Shown: positions 27,428-37,773 of the stretch, one piece after another
Numbering within the stretch: position 1 is the first letter of the stretch
Layout of the letters: each line of letters begins with the position of its first letter
NCBI GenBank assembly: GCA_963645945.1
Contig: CAVIUA010000040.1
Span: 34,353-98,352, forward strand
From: a bacterium
Lineage (GTDB): Bacteria > Bacillota_I > Bacilli_A > RF39 > UBA660
DNA length: 64,000 nucleotides
Direction: 5' to 3'
Notes under the pieces: generated by a model
Databases searched by the model: none
What the model was told of the DNA's origin: nothing
The model's input: the letters and a program-made list of their open reading frames with translations, nothing else
Position numbers and translations under genes: made by a program

Positions 27428-29005
27428 TTATTTTTGTTCTTTATTAGAATCTGTTTTAATAAATGTTTTGTTTTTTTCACTTGTGTTATTATCTTGAGTT
27501 GTATTTGTTGTTAGAAGTTCTTTTTCTTCAATGGACATTCTAGCAAGGTATTCTTTGCAATCGTCTATTTCTTGTTTGGCATCAGCAATTTGTTTTGTAA
27601 TGGTTGCAACTTTATTAGTACGGTGACCAGTGTTTTTTCTTAAACAATTCTTTTTATATTCAATTAAAGAACTTGAACTTTTATATTTATCTATAGCATC
27701 TTGATCTATTGACATAGCATTTCTATATAAATCGATATATGTAGCTACTTCAGCTGATTTTTCGGCAAATTTTTTTATGTAATTTATGTAGCCAGTAATT
27801 GCTTTTGATAATCTATCATCTGGCTGATTATCATTATTTTCTTTACTTTCATCCCAGAAATTATTAAATTCTAAAATAGCTTCTTTTAAAGTTAATGGTC
27901 TATTTGAATAATTTTTAAGACTAGGCATGATAATTTCTAATTTTTCACGTCTACTTAAATCATTTACTTTAGTAATGAAATCTGCTCTCATACTATCTTT
28001 AAAGTCATCTGGTGCAACTATTAAATGATCTATTTCTGACTTTTCAGCAGTATTTACTAATTGTGTTAACTTTTGAACTGTTTTTTTAAAATCTTTATAT
28101 CCATTATTGCTAGTAATATATCTTAAATATTTTATGGTATTCTTTTTACTAGCAAATTTTTCATTATAAAATTTAATTAATTGTGATACTTCAGTAGGTA
28201 ATTTCTTTGTTGTTGTTCCTTTTATACCAGCAGTTTTATATGTGTAGGTATATGTTTCTTCATAGTCCTTGTTCATGTTTTCGTTGTATGCGGCTAAAAG
28301 TTGACCATAATTTATAATTTCATCAGCTGGATTTAATTTTGATGTTATTCTTAATACATCTTTTATAGTAATGTTCCCGTCTGCTTTAGTGTTAATGATA
28401 TCTTGAAGATTTCTTCTATTAGCTTGAGCTTGTTTTATAAACTCTGTTGTTTTTTCGTCATCGTCATTTTGTTCTTGAAGTGTTTTTGCTCTTTCTTGAG
28501 ATAAACTTACTATTTTACTTTCTAAATTTTCTATTCTAAACAAAATGTTTTTTCTTTGTGTTTCGGTTATTTTTGATAATTCTTTAATTATTTCGCCTTT
28601 ATCTCCGGCGATTAGGGAAAGACAACTTTCCATTGTAATATTTTTGGTTGCAGGATTAGTGCTCGCTATTTGAGTAAATTGAGTAATAGGGATGTTATTA
28701 TCTTGAATGTTTATGTCATAGAAATACATTGATGATTTTATAGTTTCACATTCTAGCCAAATTTGTTCATTTACTCCTTTGACATCTGATAATGGTTTTG
28801 TTTTTACTTTCCATTTGAATCCAGTTTCTTTAGATAGGGTAGTTGCTACTTTTGCTAATAACTTTTTACCGTTTATAGTGTGTTTTTGTAAGATGTGTTC
28901 TATTGCAGCAATTGTTCTTTCATCATCATTTAAATAACTATTTAGAAATTTATCTTCATCTATGCCTAGGATTCTACAAAGTATTTCTGTTAATTCTTTA
29001 CTCAT
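27428..29005 (-). CDS. Hypothetical protein (525 aa), predicted largely helical/coiled-coil
   Basis: Long ORF with a ribosome-binding site (AAAAGGAG). Heptad-like charged regions (QERAKTLQEQNDDDEK...). No catalytic motif recognised. Confidence 0.45.
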   Translation of the reverse strand: MSKELTEILCRILGIDEDKFLNSYLNDDERTIAAIEHILQKHTINGKKLLAKVATTLSKETGFKWKVKTKPLSDVKGVNEQIWLECETIKSSMYFYDINIQDNNIPITQFTQIASTNPATKNITMESCLSLIAGDKGEIIKELSKITETQRKNILFRIENLESKIVSLSQERAKTLQEQNDDDEKTTEFIKQAQANRRNLQDIINTKADGNITIKDVLRITSKLNPADEIINYGQLLAAYNENMNKDYEETYTYTYKTAGIKGTTTKKLPTEVSQLIKFYNEKFASKKNTIKYLRYITSNNGYKDFKKTVQKLTQLVNTAEKSEIDHLIVAPDDFKDSMRADFITKVNDLSRREKLEIIMPSLKNYSNRPLTLKEAILEFNNFWDESKENNDNQPDDRLSKAITGYINYIKKFAEKSAEVATYIDLYRNAMSIDQDAIDKYKSSSSLIEYKKNCLRKNTGHRTNKVATITKQIADAKQEIDDCKEYLARMSIEEKELLTTNTTQDNNTSEKNKTFIKTDSNKEQK

Positions 29006-29063
29006 TGTTATCGGCTCCTTTTAACACACTATTATATTTTATTGTAAGTTATTTTTCAATGTT

Positions 29064-30278
29064 TTATTTATTTTTTATTTTTTCAAGGCGGTCGTATATT
29101 TCTTTTATTTGTTTTTCATAACCTATGTCTTTTGGCTGATAATATTTTTTATTTTTAATTTTATCTGGCAAGTATTGTTGTTTAACGTAGGCACCTTTAT
29201 AATCATGTGGATATTTATAGTCTGTAGATGATGTTTTAATATGACTTGGGACATTTCCAGTATTGCCATTTTCAATATCTTCTAGAACTTTATCTAGAGC
29301 AATATGGGCTGTGTTACTTTTAGGGGATAGGGCCATTTCAGCAACTATTGTTCCAAGAGGGATTCTAGCTTCTGGTAGACCAACACGTTCTGCGGCATTA
29401 ATAGCAGCATCTACTCTAGGACCGATGGCTGGATTGGCTAGACCGATATCTTCATAGGCAATGACACTCATTCTTCTATATATTGAATCTAAGTCTCCTT
29501 CTATTATTAATCTTCCTAAATAGTGTAGGGCAGCATCTACGTCAGAACCACGAATTGATTTTTGAAAGGCACTTAAGACATCATAATGACCATCACCATT
29601 TTTGTCAGCAAAAAAGACAGGTTTATTATTTATTCTTTTTATCTTCTCTTCAGTAATTGTTTTATCATCGGTTGAGTAATAAGATATTTCTAATAGATTA
29701 TAAGCATATCTTAGGTCTGTTCCAGCTAGTTTTGCGATTAGTTTGATACTTTTATCATCTATCTTAATATCTTTTAAATCAGGGTGTTTTATGGCTCTTT
29801 TAAGGCCGGTTATAATATCTTCAGTAGTTAATTCTTCTAATTCAAATAATTGACATCTACTTCTAATGGCTGGATTTATTGCATGATATGGATTGGAAGT
29901 AGTCATTCCGATTAGTGTTATTAGTCCTGATTCTAATGCTGGTAATAAGACATCTTGTTTATCTTTATTTAGACGATGTATTTCATCCATGATTAATACA
30001 ATACCATCATAGACTTTTGCTTCTTCAATTACGATATCTAAATCTTTTTTTGTATTTATAGTAGCATTTAAAAATCTATATCTAACATCTAAATCTTTTA
30101 CAATAGCATTTGCGATACTGGTTTTACCTATACCTGGTTTTCCATATAATATCATAGAAAATAATTTTTTATTTTTTACTAAGTTTGTTAGTATTTTATC
30201 TTTTCCAATTAAATGAGTTTGTCCAATAACTTCTTCTAGTGTACTTGGTGCTAATTTGAGTGCTAAAGGTTTGTTCAT
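29064..30278 (-). CDS. rarA: Replication-associated recombination protein A (RarA/MgsA AAA+ ATPase)
   Basis: GKPGIGKTS Walker A, LIMDEIHR Walker B, and a C-terminal MgsA-type helical domain. Confidence 0.85.
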   Translation of the reverse strand: MNKPLALKLAPSTLEEVIGQTHLIGKDKILTNLVKNKKLFSMILYGKPGIGKTSIANAIVKDLDVRYRFLNATINTKKDLDIVIEEAKVYDGIVLIMDEIHRLNKDKQDVLLPALESGLITLIGMTTSNPYHAINPAIRSRCQLFELEELTTEDIITGLKRAIKHPDLKDIKIDDKSIKLIAKLAGTDLRYAYNLLEISYYSTDDKTITEEKIKRINNKPVFFADKNGDGHYDVLSAFQKSIRGSDVDAALHYLGRLIIEGDLDSIYRRMSVIAYEDIGLANPAIGPRVDAAINAAERVGLPEARIPLGTIVAEMALSPKSNTAHIALDKVLEDIENGNTGNVPSHIKTSSTDYKYPHDYKGAYVKQQYLPDKIKNKKYYQPKDIGYEKQIKEIYDRLEKIKNK

Positions 30279-30373
30279 AATATCACCTGTTTCTTTATAT
30301 AATTATATTTTAACAAATTGATGCTTAAATATCTAGAAAGATTACTAATTTTTGATATAATATAATTGGTGAT

Positions 30374-31276
30374 ATGATGAATATAAATGACGCTATTGGT
30401 GATTTTATAAATTATTGTATATTTGAAAAGGGTTTATCTAATAAGACGCGGGAATCTTATTTAAATGACTTGGATGTATATAGAAGTTTTTTAAATGAGA
30501 GAGGAATTTTTAATGTTAATGATATTCATGATGATAATATAAAGGATTTTTTAAAGGAAAGAGGTTCTTTGGAAAAGACTACTACTATTGCTCATAATTT
30601 GACAGTTATTAAGAACTTTCATTCCTACTTATTAAGGGAAAACATTTTATCTTATGATCCTTCTTTATATATTGAAAGACCAAAGTTAAGAAAGAGTTTA
30701 CCTAGGACTTTGAGTATGGAAGATGTTAGTCTTTTGCTTGATATTCAATTAGAGAGTGTATTTGACTATCGTAATAAGGCTATGTTAGAATTAATGTATG
30801 GCACCGGCTTAAGAGTTAGTGAAATTGTTAATTTAACTATTAATGATATTGATTTATCTAATTGTTTTGTAAGAGTATTTGGTAAAGGTAGTAAGGAAAG
30901 AGAAGTACCTTTAGGTGAATATTCTATATATTATTTGAAACTTTATTTAGATAGACGTAAAAGTATGTTAAAGGATAAGCCATGTGATAAGTTATTTTTA
31001 AATAATCATGGTTTAGGTATGACAAGACAAGGTTTTTTTAAGAACTTGAAACAGATACTTGTTTCTAAAGGTTTAAATGCTGATATATCACCTCATACGT
31101 TAAGACATAGTTTTGCTACTCATTTATTAAATTCTGGTGCAGATTTACGTAGTATTCAGGAGATGTTAGGTCATTCTGATATTGCGACTACTAAAATATA
31201 TACGCATGTTAGTGATGATAAAGTTATAGAAGACTATAATATGTATCATCCTCGTAGTCATAAAGGAGATGAATAA
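30374..31276 (+). CDS. xerD: Site-specific tyrosine recombinase XerD
   Basis: R..HxxR..Y catalytic signature (HTLRHSFATHLL ... LGHSDIATTKIYTH). The xerD-deoB adjacency is as in B. subtilis ripX-drm. Confidence 0.85.
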   Translation: MMNINDAIGDFINYCIFEKGLSNKTRESYLNDLDVYRSFLNERGIFNVNDIHDDNIKDFLKERGSLEKTTTIAHNLTVIKNFHSYLLRENILSYDPSLYIERPKLRKSLPRTLSMEDVSLLLDIQLESVFDYRNKAMLELMYGTGLRVSEIVNLTINDIDLSNCFVRVFGKGSKEREVPLGEYSIYYLKLYLDRRKSMLKDKPCDKLFLNNHGLGMTRQGFFKNLKQILVSKGLNADISPHTLRHSFATHLLNSGADLRSIQEMLGHSDIATTKIYTHVSDDKVIEDYNMYHPRSHKGDE

Positions 31277-31278
31277 TT

Positions 31279-32448
31279 ATGCGTTTTAAAAGAATTTTTT
31301 TGATTGTTTTAGATTCGTTAGGTGTTGGTGAAACTGCTGATGCGGTTAGTTTTGGTGACAATGGTGCTAATACATTAGGCCATGTTAATGAACAATGTGA
31401 TTTATTTATACCTAATTTAAAGAAAATAGGTTTTTTAGATACAATTAATATGAGTGATAATGATAGTGTAGATGCTTATTATACTATTGCTAAACCTATA
31501 AATGCTGGTAAAGATACTTTGAATGGTCATTATGAAATGTTAGGTATTAAGAATAATATTCCATTTAAAACTTTTAATAATGGTTTTACATATGATATTT
31601 TAGCTGGTATTGAAGAAGTTACTGGTAGACGTGTTATTGGTAATAAATGTTCTAATGATGATTTAGCTATTATTAATGAACTTGGTGAAAGACAATTAAA
31701 TTATGGATCTTTAATTATTTATACTTCTGCTGATTCAGATTTACAAGTTGCGGCACATGAAGATTGTATTCCTATTCCTACTTTGTATCAGTATTGTGAA
31801 AGAATTAGAGCTTTAACTTTAAGAGAGGAATGGAGAGTAGGGAGAGTTATTGCTAGACCTTTTACTGGTAGCGTTGGTAAATTTAAACTTATTAATACTG
31901 CACGACGTGATTATGCTGTAAAGCCAGGTAAAAAGACTGTTATGGATAGTTTAATTGAAAATAGTTATAATGTTATTGCGATTGGAAAGATTAATGATAT
32001 TTTTGATGGTCAAGGTATAAATAAAAATATTAAGGCTAATAATAATTCGGAAGCTGTAAATAAATTGATTGATATTATGGATAAAAATTTTACAGGTTTA
32101 TGTATAAGTAATTTATCTGATTTTGATAGTTTGTATGGTCATACTAGGGATGTTGCTGGTTATGGTAGAGCAATTGAAGAGTTAGATGTTGATATACCTA
32201 TTATTTTAAATAAATTAGAAATTGATGACTTATTAATTATTACAGCTGATCATGGTAATGATCCTACGTTTAAAGGAAATGATCATACGAGAGAAAATGT
32301 TCCAGTAATTATATATAGTCGCAATTTCAAGAAACCTTCTAGATTAAAACCATTTGATACTTTTGCTAATATAGGAGCAACAATAGCTGAAAATTTCGAT
32401 GTAGAAAAACCTGAAATTGGTATCAGTATTTTAGATGAATTAAAGTAG
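31279..32448 (+). CDS. deoB: Phosphopentomutase
   Basis: N-terminal VLDSLGVGE metal-binding motif. 389 aa. Confidence 0.9.
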   Translation: MRFKRIFLIVLDSLGVGETADAVSFGDNGANTLGHVNEQCDLFIPNLKKIGFLDTINMSDNDSVDAYYTIAKPINAGKDTLNGHYEMLGIKNNIPFKTFNNGFTYDILAGIEEVTGRRVIGNKCSNDDLAIINELGERQLNYGSLIIYTSADSDLQVAAHEDCIPIPTLYQYCERIRALTLREEWRVGRVIARPFTGSVGKFKLINTARRDYAVKPGKKTVMDSLIENSYNVIAIGKINDIFDGQGINKNIKANNNSEAVNKLIDIMDKNFTGLCISNLSDFDSLYGHTRDVAGYGRAIEELDVDIPIILNKLEIDDLLIITADHGNDPTFKGNDHTRENVPVIIYSRNFKKPSRLKPFDTFANIGATIAENFDVEKPEIGISILDELK

Positions 32449-32463
32449 TTTTGGAGTTAATAT

Positions 32464-33756
32464 ATGAAAAAAGCAGATATTGAAAATGATGATTATTTGA
32501 TTATTCATCCGAATGGTGACTTTACTAGTTCTTTAAAGATTGATCAGGATGAACTTACTAAAAAGAAAGTGATTTGTTTGATTCCTGAATTTTCTTATTT
32601 GGATGATAAATGTTCTTCACGTACTATTAGTGAGATTAATGCATTTATTAGAAATAATCCATCGGTTAGTAATGTACTTATGATTTATACTAATAGTACT
32701 AACTCTGATTTTAATTTTAATGATGAACTTAATATGGAAGAATTTTTTTGCAAATGGTATAAGAATATTGAACAACCGGAAAAGATTCAGCTACATGTTC
32801 CTAGTATATTTGCTGCTAATCCTGATAATTGTTTATCAGTTGTTTATGAAGACTTTTCTTTGAGTCGTTGCAAGGATATTGATCAAAAAATTGAGATGTT
32901 TATTAAAGATGTTAAAGAAGCTGATTTATCTTCTTTTGAAAAGATTATGGCTACTCATATTTTGTGTTCTCGTTTTATGAATTCAAATACTGATTATGAA
33001 GAAAATGGGAAAAATACTATTCCTATAAATTTTGATGAGAATGTCTTTGGCAGTAGTATGCATATTTTGAGTGATGGTGAAGATGGATATAAAATTAAAT
33101 GTTCTGGCTATGTTGATATGTTTGTCCGTATGTTAGATAAAATGAATATTTATGCATCTCCTGTTACTGTTTTTAATGTTGAAAATGGATTTGTTCATAC
33201 TGTTGCGATGGTTGATGTTCATGATGAAAAGTATAGTATTGATGGTAGATATATTTGTGACTTAAGGTCTGATTCAGATTTTAGAAAAATGCGTGAAGAT
33301 TTAGTTAATGGAGATACAAATTCTTCTTATTTTGGAAGAGATAGTTTAACGTTTTTTTGCTTAAATGTTGAAGATTTTGAAGCTTTAAATGGAATTGATA
33401 AATTTAGTGAGGCTATGAATTATTTTACAAAACCGGGAGTAGAGCAGGTAAAGGATGAAATTTCTACAGATAGGTTAGATATTTCTAGTATTTCTAAAGC
33501 ATTAGGCGTTGTTTCAAATCATAGATTTGATTTACAAAATAATTTAGATTATTATTTATATAGTAATAATGCTATTGAATCAATTCTTCAGGATAATAAA
33601 GATACTATTTCTTTCATTAGAAATTCTAGAGAATTTATAGATAGTTCTAAAAACAGTTCTTTTTCTACTATCTGTAGTTCTGAATTCAAATTAAAAGAGA
33701 TGCTTGATTCTTCCAAAAAGAATGCAATTAATACAACTGAAAAAAATAAAAAATAG
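32464..33756 (+). CDS. Transglutaminase-like (cysteine-protease fold) protein, paralog 1
   Basis: Core KCSGYVDMFVRML...NIYASPV (Cys), FVHTVAMVDV (His) and ICDLRSD (Asp) follow the C/H/D order of the transglutaminase-like core. Shares SSFEKIMA and DVHDEKY.IDGRYICD blocks with the next gene. Confidence 0.45.
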   Translation: MKKADIENDDYLIIHPNGDFTSSLKIDQDELTKKKVICLIPEFSYLDDKCSSRTISEINAFIRNNPSVSNVLMIYTNSTNSDFNFNDELNMEEFFCKWYKNIEQPEKIQLHVPSIFAANPDNCLSVVYEDFSLSRCKDIDQKIEMFIKDVKEADLSSFEKIMATHILCSRFMNSNTDYEENGKNTIPINFDENVFGSSMHILSDGEDGYKIKCSGYVDMFVRMLDKMNIYASPVTVFNVENGFVHTVAMVDVHDEKYSIDGRYICDLRSDSDFRKMREDLVNGDTNSSYFGRDSLTFFCLNVEDFEALNGIDKFSEAMNYFTKPGVEQVKDEISTDRLDISSISKALGVVSNHRFDLQNNLDYYLYSNNAIESILQDNKDTISFIRNSREFIDSSKNSSFSTICSSEFKLKEMLDSSKKNAINTTEKNKK

Positions 33757-33765
33757 GAATAATAG

Positions 33766-34962
33766 GTGATATGGATGAAAAAAATTGATTTAGACGATAG
33801 TTCAGAATATGTATTTTTTAATTGTAATGGTGATATTTCAGATATTCCTATTTTATTTGGTTCAAAACAACCAGTTATATTTGTTGTTGATGATATGTTG
33901 GATGATGAGTCTTTTCAAAAAAGAGTAATTGATGAGATTAATGAATTTTTAAAGAAAAATATTTCTCTTTCTGATGTTATTATTGCTCCTTATCCTGTAG
34001 AATTTGATTTTTCTCGATTTTTGAAGTTTGAAAATTTGTTTTATAAAGAATATGATAGTATTTTAGAGCCTGAACGTATTTCTTTAAGAACTATCGATCA
34101 TTATATATCTAGAGTATTTGATGATGAAACTGTAAAGGCTTGTTGTGAACCTTTTCCTTTAAAACGTTGTAAAGAAGTCAATGACAAGTTAGATTTATTT
34201 ATTAAGGATATTAAGAAAAGCGATTTATCTTCTTTTGAAAAGATTATGGCTAGTTATCTTATTTGTACTCATTTTATTGATTCTGTTCATGATAATAAGA
34301 TAGAGGAAGAATACGATAAAAATATTTATAGTAGTGTTTTTCATATTTTAGGCGATGATGAGGATGGATATCAAATAAAATGTGCTGGTTATACAGATTT
34401 ATTTGCTAGAATGTTAGCTAAACTTGATATAGATGCTGTACCTTTATTAATATCTTGTTCTAATATTAATCTTTATCATAGCATAGCGGCTGTTGATGTT
34501 CATGATGAGAAGTATGGTATTGATGGACGTTACATATGTGATGTACGATTTGATTCTGATAGCAGAGAAGTTATTGATAAAAAGGTTAGGGATAGATTAA
34601 CTGATGAAGAAAAAACACACTATTATACTTATAACAGTTTAAAAGCTTTTTGTCTGACGTTTCATGATTACGATTATTTAATTAATTCTGATATGGAACA
34701 AATAATATATTCTTCAGGACCAGGTGTTGATGATGCTGAATTATCGATTTCTGATGATAGAGTAGAATTGGCTAATTTAAGTAATGCTTTAATGAGGGTT
34801 TCTTTGTTTACATATTTAACTAAAGGAAATAATGAATTGTCTACTGATGATAGTATATTAGAAAATGTTTTTAAAGAAGTTAATAAAACTTCTAATAAAA
34901 TTGCTTCTTTTAGAAAAAAATCTGATCAATTTTATGTTAATTTATTTGGTAATGAAAAATAG
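33766..34962 (+). CDS. Transglutaminase-like (cysteine-protease fold) protein, paralog 2
   Basis: IKCAGYTDLFARML...IDAVP, LYHSIAAVDV and ICDVRFD. Roughly 30% identical to paralog 1 over the whole length by eye. Confidence 0.45.
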   Translation: MIWMKKIDLDDSSEYVFFNCNGDISDIPILFGSKQPVIFVVDDMLDDESFQKRVIDEINEFLKKNISLSDVIIAPYPVEFDFSRFLKFENLFYKEYDSILEPERISLRTIDHYISRVFDDETVKACCEPFPLKRCKEVNDKLDLFIKDIKKSDLSSFEKIMASYLICTHFIDSVHDNKIEEEYDKNIYSSVFHILGDDEDGYQIKCAGYTDLFARMLAKLDIDAVPLLISCSNINLYHSIAAVDVHDEKYGIDGRYICDVRFDSDSREVIDKKVRDRLTDEEKTHYYTYNSLKAFCLTFHDYDYLINSDMEQIIYSSGPGVDDAELSISDDRVELANLSNALMRVSLFTYLTKGNNELSTDDSILENVFKEVNKTSNKIASFRKKSDQFYVNLFGNEK

Positions 34963-35618
34963 GCTGGTTATCGCCCTATTTATCTTTTTATGCAAAAAAA
35001 TCATCATGCATTTTCAAAACTTTGACATATTGTTTCTTCTGTACATTCACATTTATCACTGTTGCAAGTACAGCTAATTTTTATTGATTCTAATTCACAA
35101 CATTCTTTGTCTTTTCTAATTATTATTTTGAAGATTTTTTTCTAAATTATGCAATGTTAAATATTTTAAATTTAGATGAACAATTATACATCTTTTAATA
35201 TTTAAATCGCTTAAAATGCATTTTAGATTTTATACATAATTTTTAATAGGGCGGTAATATTTAAATTAATATAGAATTAATCAGACACATTTAATAATAT
35301 AAAATGATTAATAAGTAATAATAAAATAATACTATGATAAATAAAATAGATTTACAGATAAAAAGTAATTAAAATAATTAAAATGAATTTATATTTAAAA
35401 TTTATATATGGTATTATATAATTAGTTGGAGATAAATGGATAGAAATAGAATGTAGTAATCCTTATTTATATAAATATATAAAGATAGGGTAATATTTAT
35501 TTTGATTTTGAAATATATATAGAAGTTAACATAATATCAATTATAGGAAGTTATAATATTAAAAAAATAGATGAATATATGATTGTTTATGTATATAAAT
35601 TAAGTTATTGAACTTATA

Positions 35619-35634
35619 TTTTTTTTTTTTTTTT
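35619..35634. repeat. Homopolymeric T16 tract in an ORF-free AT-rich region
   Basis: 16 consecutive T at 35619-35634, immediately 5' of GGATATAAT. Confidence 0.9.
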
Positions 35635-35731
35635 GGATATAATTTTTATATATAACTTATATTATACATTAATTATTATCGTGTATTAATTTTTTTTGTT
35701 ATATATTTATATAGATAAAATTTTAAATTAA

Positions 35732-35773
35732 AAACAGTTCTTTTAAATTTTATATAGAACTGTTTATTTTTTT
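35732..35773. terminator. Bidirectional terminator (AAACAGTTCT/AGAACTGTTT plus T7)
   Basis: 10-bp perfect stem with a 14-nt loop. T-run on plus, A-run upstream. It is downstream of the HTH gene on the minus strand. Confidence 0.6.
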
Positions 35774-35829
35774 AATAATTTATATGTATAGTTATAGTAT
35801 ACTTACTACTACTCTTCTCTACTACATCC

Positions 35830-36597
35830 TTATACTTTTCTAGACTGAATCTCAGCTATTTTTTCTAATACTTCTTTAGCATTATCTTCATTTATTTCAG
35901 TGTAACCTAGTTCTTTTAAGGCTTGAACTTTAGCTGTATTTAGTTCTTGAGTACGAGATAATTTTTCTTCATTCTTATGTTCAATATCTTCCTCAAATCG
36001 TTTATGTGTAGCAGCTAATTTTGTTTTAGATGCACCACCGTTGTTATATAAAGTCATTGCACTGAACATAATACTTTCAAATATAAACTGTTTTTCACTA
36101 TTGAAAGCAAAGTCCAATGGAGGTGTAAATCCTAAAGATTTTGAAACATATCCTAATATATATTTTAATTCATTATTTGTTTCCATCGATTGTAGAAAAT
36201 GATATAGATATAAATATGTGTTATAAGTTTCTTTTGTTTTATCAGAAGATAGTTTTTCTTTTAATATATTTATAATATCTGATAACAATTCTTGCTCTTT
36301 TTTATTAAATCCTTTTAGATCAGCTATTATATCTTTGCTGGAAGAATCTTTTACTCCTTCATTTAGCCTATTCTCTACTTCAATTATATATTCACCATTG
36401 ATTTTTAAATCTTTTAATTCATCAATTTTTTCTATATTTAATAAGCTTAATAATTTAGCAGCTTTTTCTTTTGGCCAGTTATTAATATCTTCTATAGCTA
36501 GATAATTATATAACATTTGTCTTGATACCCCTAAATATTTAGCTAAACGTACTTTACTAATTCCTAATTCTGTTAATACTATATTTAATTCTTTCAT
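35830..36597 (-). CDS. XRE-family helix-turn-helix regulator with a C-terminal domain of unknown function
   Basis: N-terminal HTH (LGISKVRLAKYLGVSRQMLYNY). 255 aa. Confidence 0.6.
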   Translation of the reverse strand: MKELNIVLTELGISKVRLAKYLGVSRQMLYNYLAIEDINNWPKEKAAKLLSLLNIEKIDELKDLKINGEYIIEVENRLNEGVKDSSSKDIIADLKGFNKKEQELLSDIINILKEKLSSDKTKETYNTYLYLYHFLQSMETNNELKYILGYVSKSLGFTPPLDFAFNSEKQFIFESIMFSAMTLYNNGGASKTKLAATHKRFEEDIEHKNEEKLSRTQELNTAKVQALKELGYTEINEDNAKEVLEKIAEIQSRKV

Positions 36598-36689
36598 GTT
36601 TTACCCTCCTAATATTATTATAGGCAAATTTATGTAAATAATCAAGTGTAAATTGACACTTTTTAAAATAAAAAAAATACTGTGTTATT

Positions 36690-37724
36690 TTACAGTACTT
36701 TTTCTATTATTCCACCAGCTAAGCAAATATTGTTTTGATCATAAAACACAACTGACTGTCCTTTTGTTATAGCTCTTACTGGTTTTTTAAAGGTTACTAA
36801 TATTTTATCATCTACTTTTTCTAATGTAGCTTCTTGTTTGTCACCTCTAGACCTTATTTTAGCTAGTACATTGCTTGGTAATTCATCTACTAATATATTT
36901 ATATTGTTTGCTAGTAATTTGGTTTTAAATAGGCTTTTATTTGGTCCTACAATTAAAGCATTATTTTTAGTATCTATTTCTAGAACATATAATGGTTCTT
37001 TATAACTTATATTTAGTCCTTTTCTTTGACCTATGGTGTAATATATTAATCCATGGTGTTTGCCTATAATTGTATTATCTTCTAAATATATATTACCTGG
37101 TTTAACTTTTTCTTTCATGTGTTCTTCTAAATATTTTGGATAATCATCATTTGGTATAAAGCATATTTCTTGACTATCTTTTTTATTACTTACACTTAGT
37201 CCTATACTTTTAGCAACTTCTCTTACTTCATCTTTACTTTTATATTTTTCTAAAGGAAATATAACATGTTTTAAGACCTCTTTATCTATACCATATAAGA
37301 AGTATGACTGATCTTTATTTTGCACGTCTGATGATATTAATTTACCATTTTCTACTTTTGCATAATGACCAGTAGCAATATAGTCAGCATTTAATTCTTC
37401 TTTTGCTTTTTTATAGAATAATCCGAATTTGAATTTTTTATTGCATAATACACATGGATTAGGTGTTTGACCAGATTTATACGACTCAATAAAGTTATTT
37501 ATTACTATTTCTTTAAATTCTTTAGTTAAATCAAATACATAGTGTTTTATTCCTAATTTTTGACATACATCTTTAGCGTCATTTATTGCTTTTTCAGTTT
37601 TTTCATCATTTATTAATCGCATTGTTGCTCCTACGACATGGTAACCTTTTTCTTGTAATAAGTAGGCTGTTGTAGAAGAATCTACTCCTCCTGACATCGC
37701 AACAACTACTATTTTTTTATCCAT
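36690..37724 (-). CDS. mnmA: tRNA-specific 2-thiouridylase MnmA
   Basis: PP-loop SGGVDSS and conserved catalytic cysteines. 344 aa. Confidence 0.9.
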   Translation of the reverse strand: MDKKIVVVAMSGGVDSSTTAYLLQEKGYHVVGATMRLINDEKTEKAINDAKDVCQKLGIKHYVFDLTKEFKEIVINNFIESYKSGQTPNPCVLCNKKFKFGLFYKKAKEELNADYIATGHYAKVENGKLISSDVQNKDQSYFLYGIDKEVLKHVIFPLEKYKSKDEVREVAKSIGLSVSNKKDSQEICFIPNDDYPKYLEEHMKEKVKPGNIYLEDNTIIGKHHGLIYYTIGQRKGLNISYKEPLYVLEIDTKNNALIVGPNKSLFKTKLLANNINILVDELPSNVLAKIRSRGDKQEATLEKVDDKILVTFKKPVRAITKGQSVVFYDQNNICLAGGIIEKVL

Positions 37725-37773
37725 ATTACTTCACCTGCTAAAATTATACAATAAAATGATTATTTTTTAAAGA

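Noticed and set aside
35560-35610. dif (XerCD recombination) site in the AT-rich region near xerD
   Set aside because: TTATGTA and TATAAA elements are present, but not in the arm, TATATA spacer, arm arrangement of Firmicute dif (ACTTCCTAGAA-TATATA-TTATGTAAACT). The similarity is expected by chance in 85% AT DNA.
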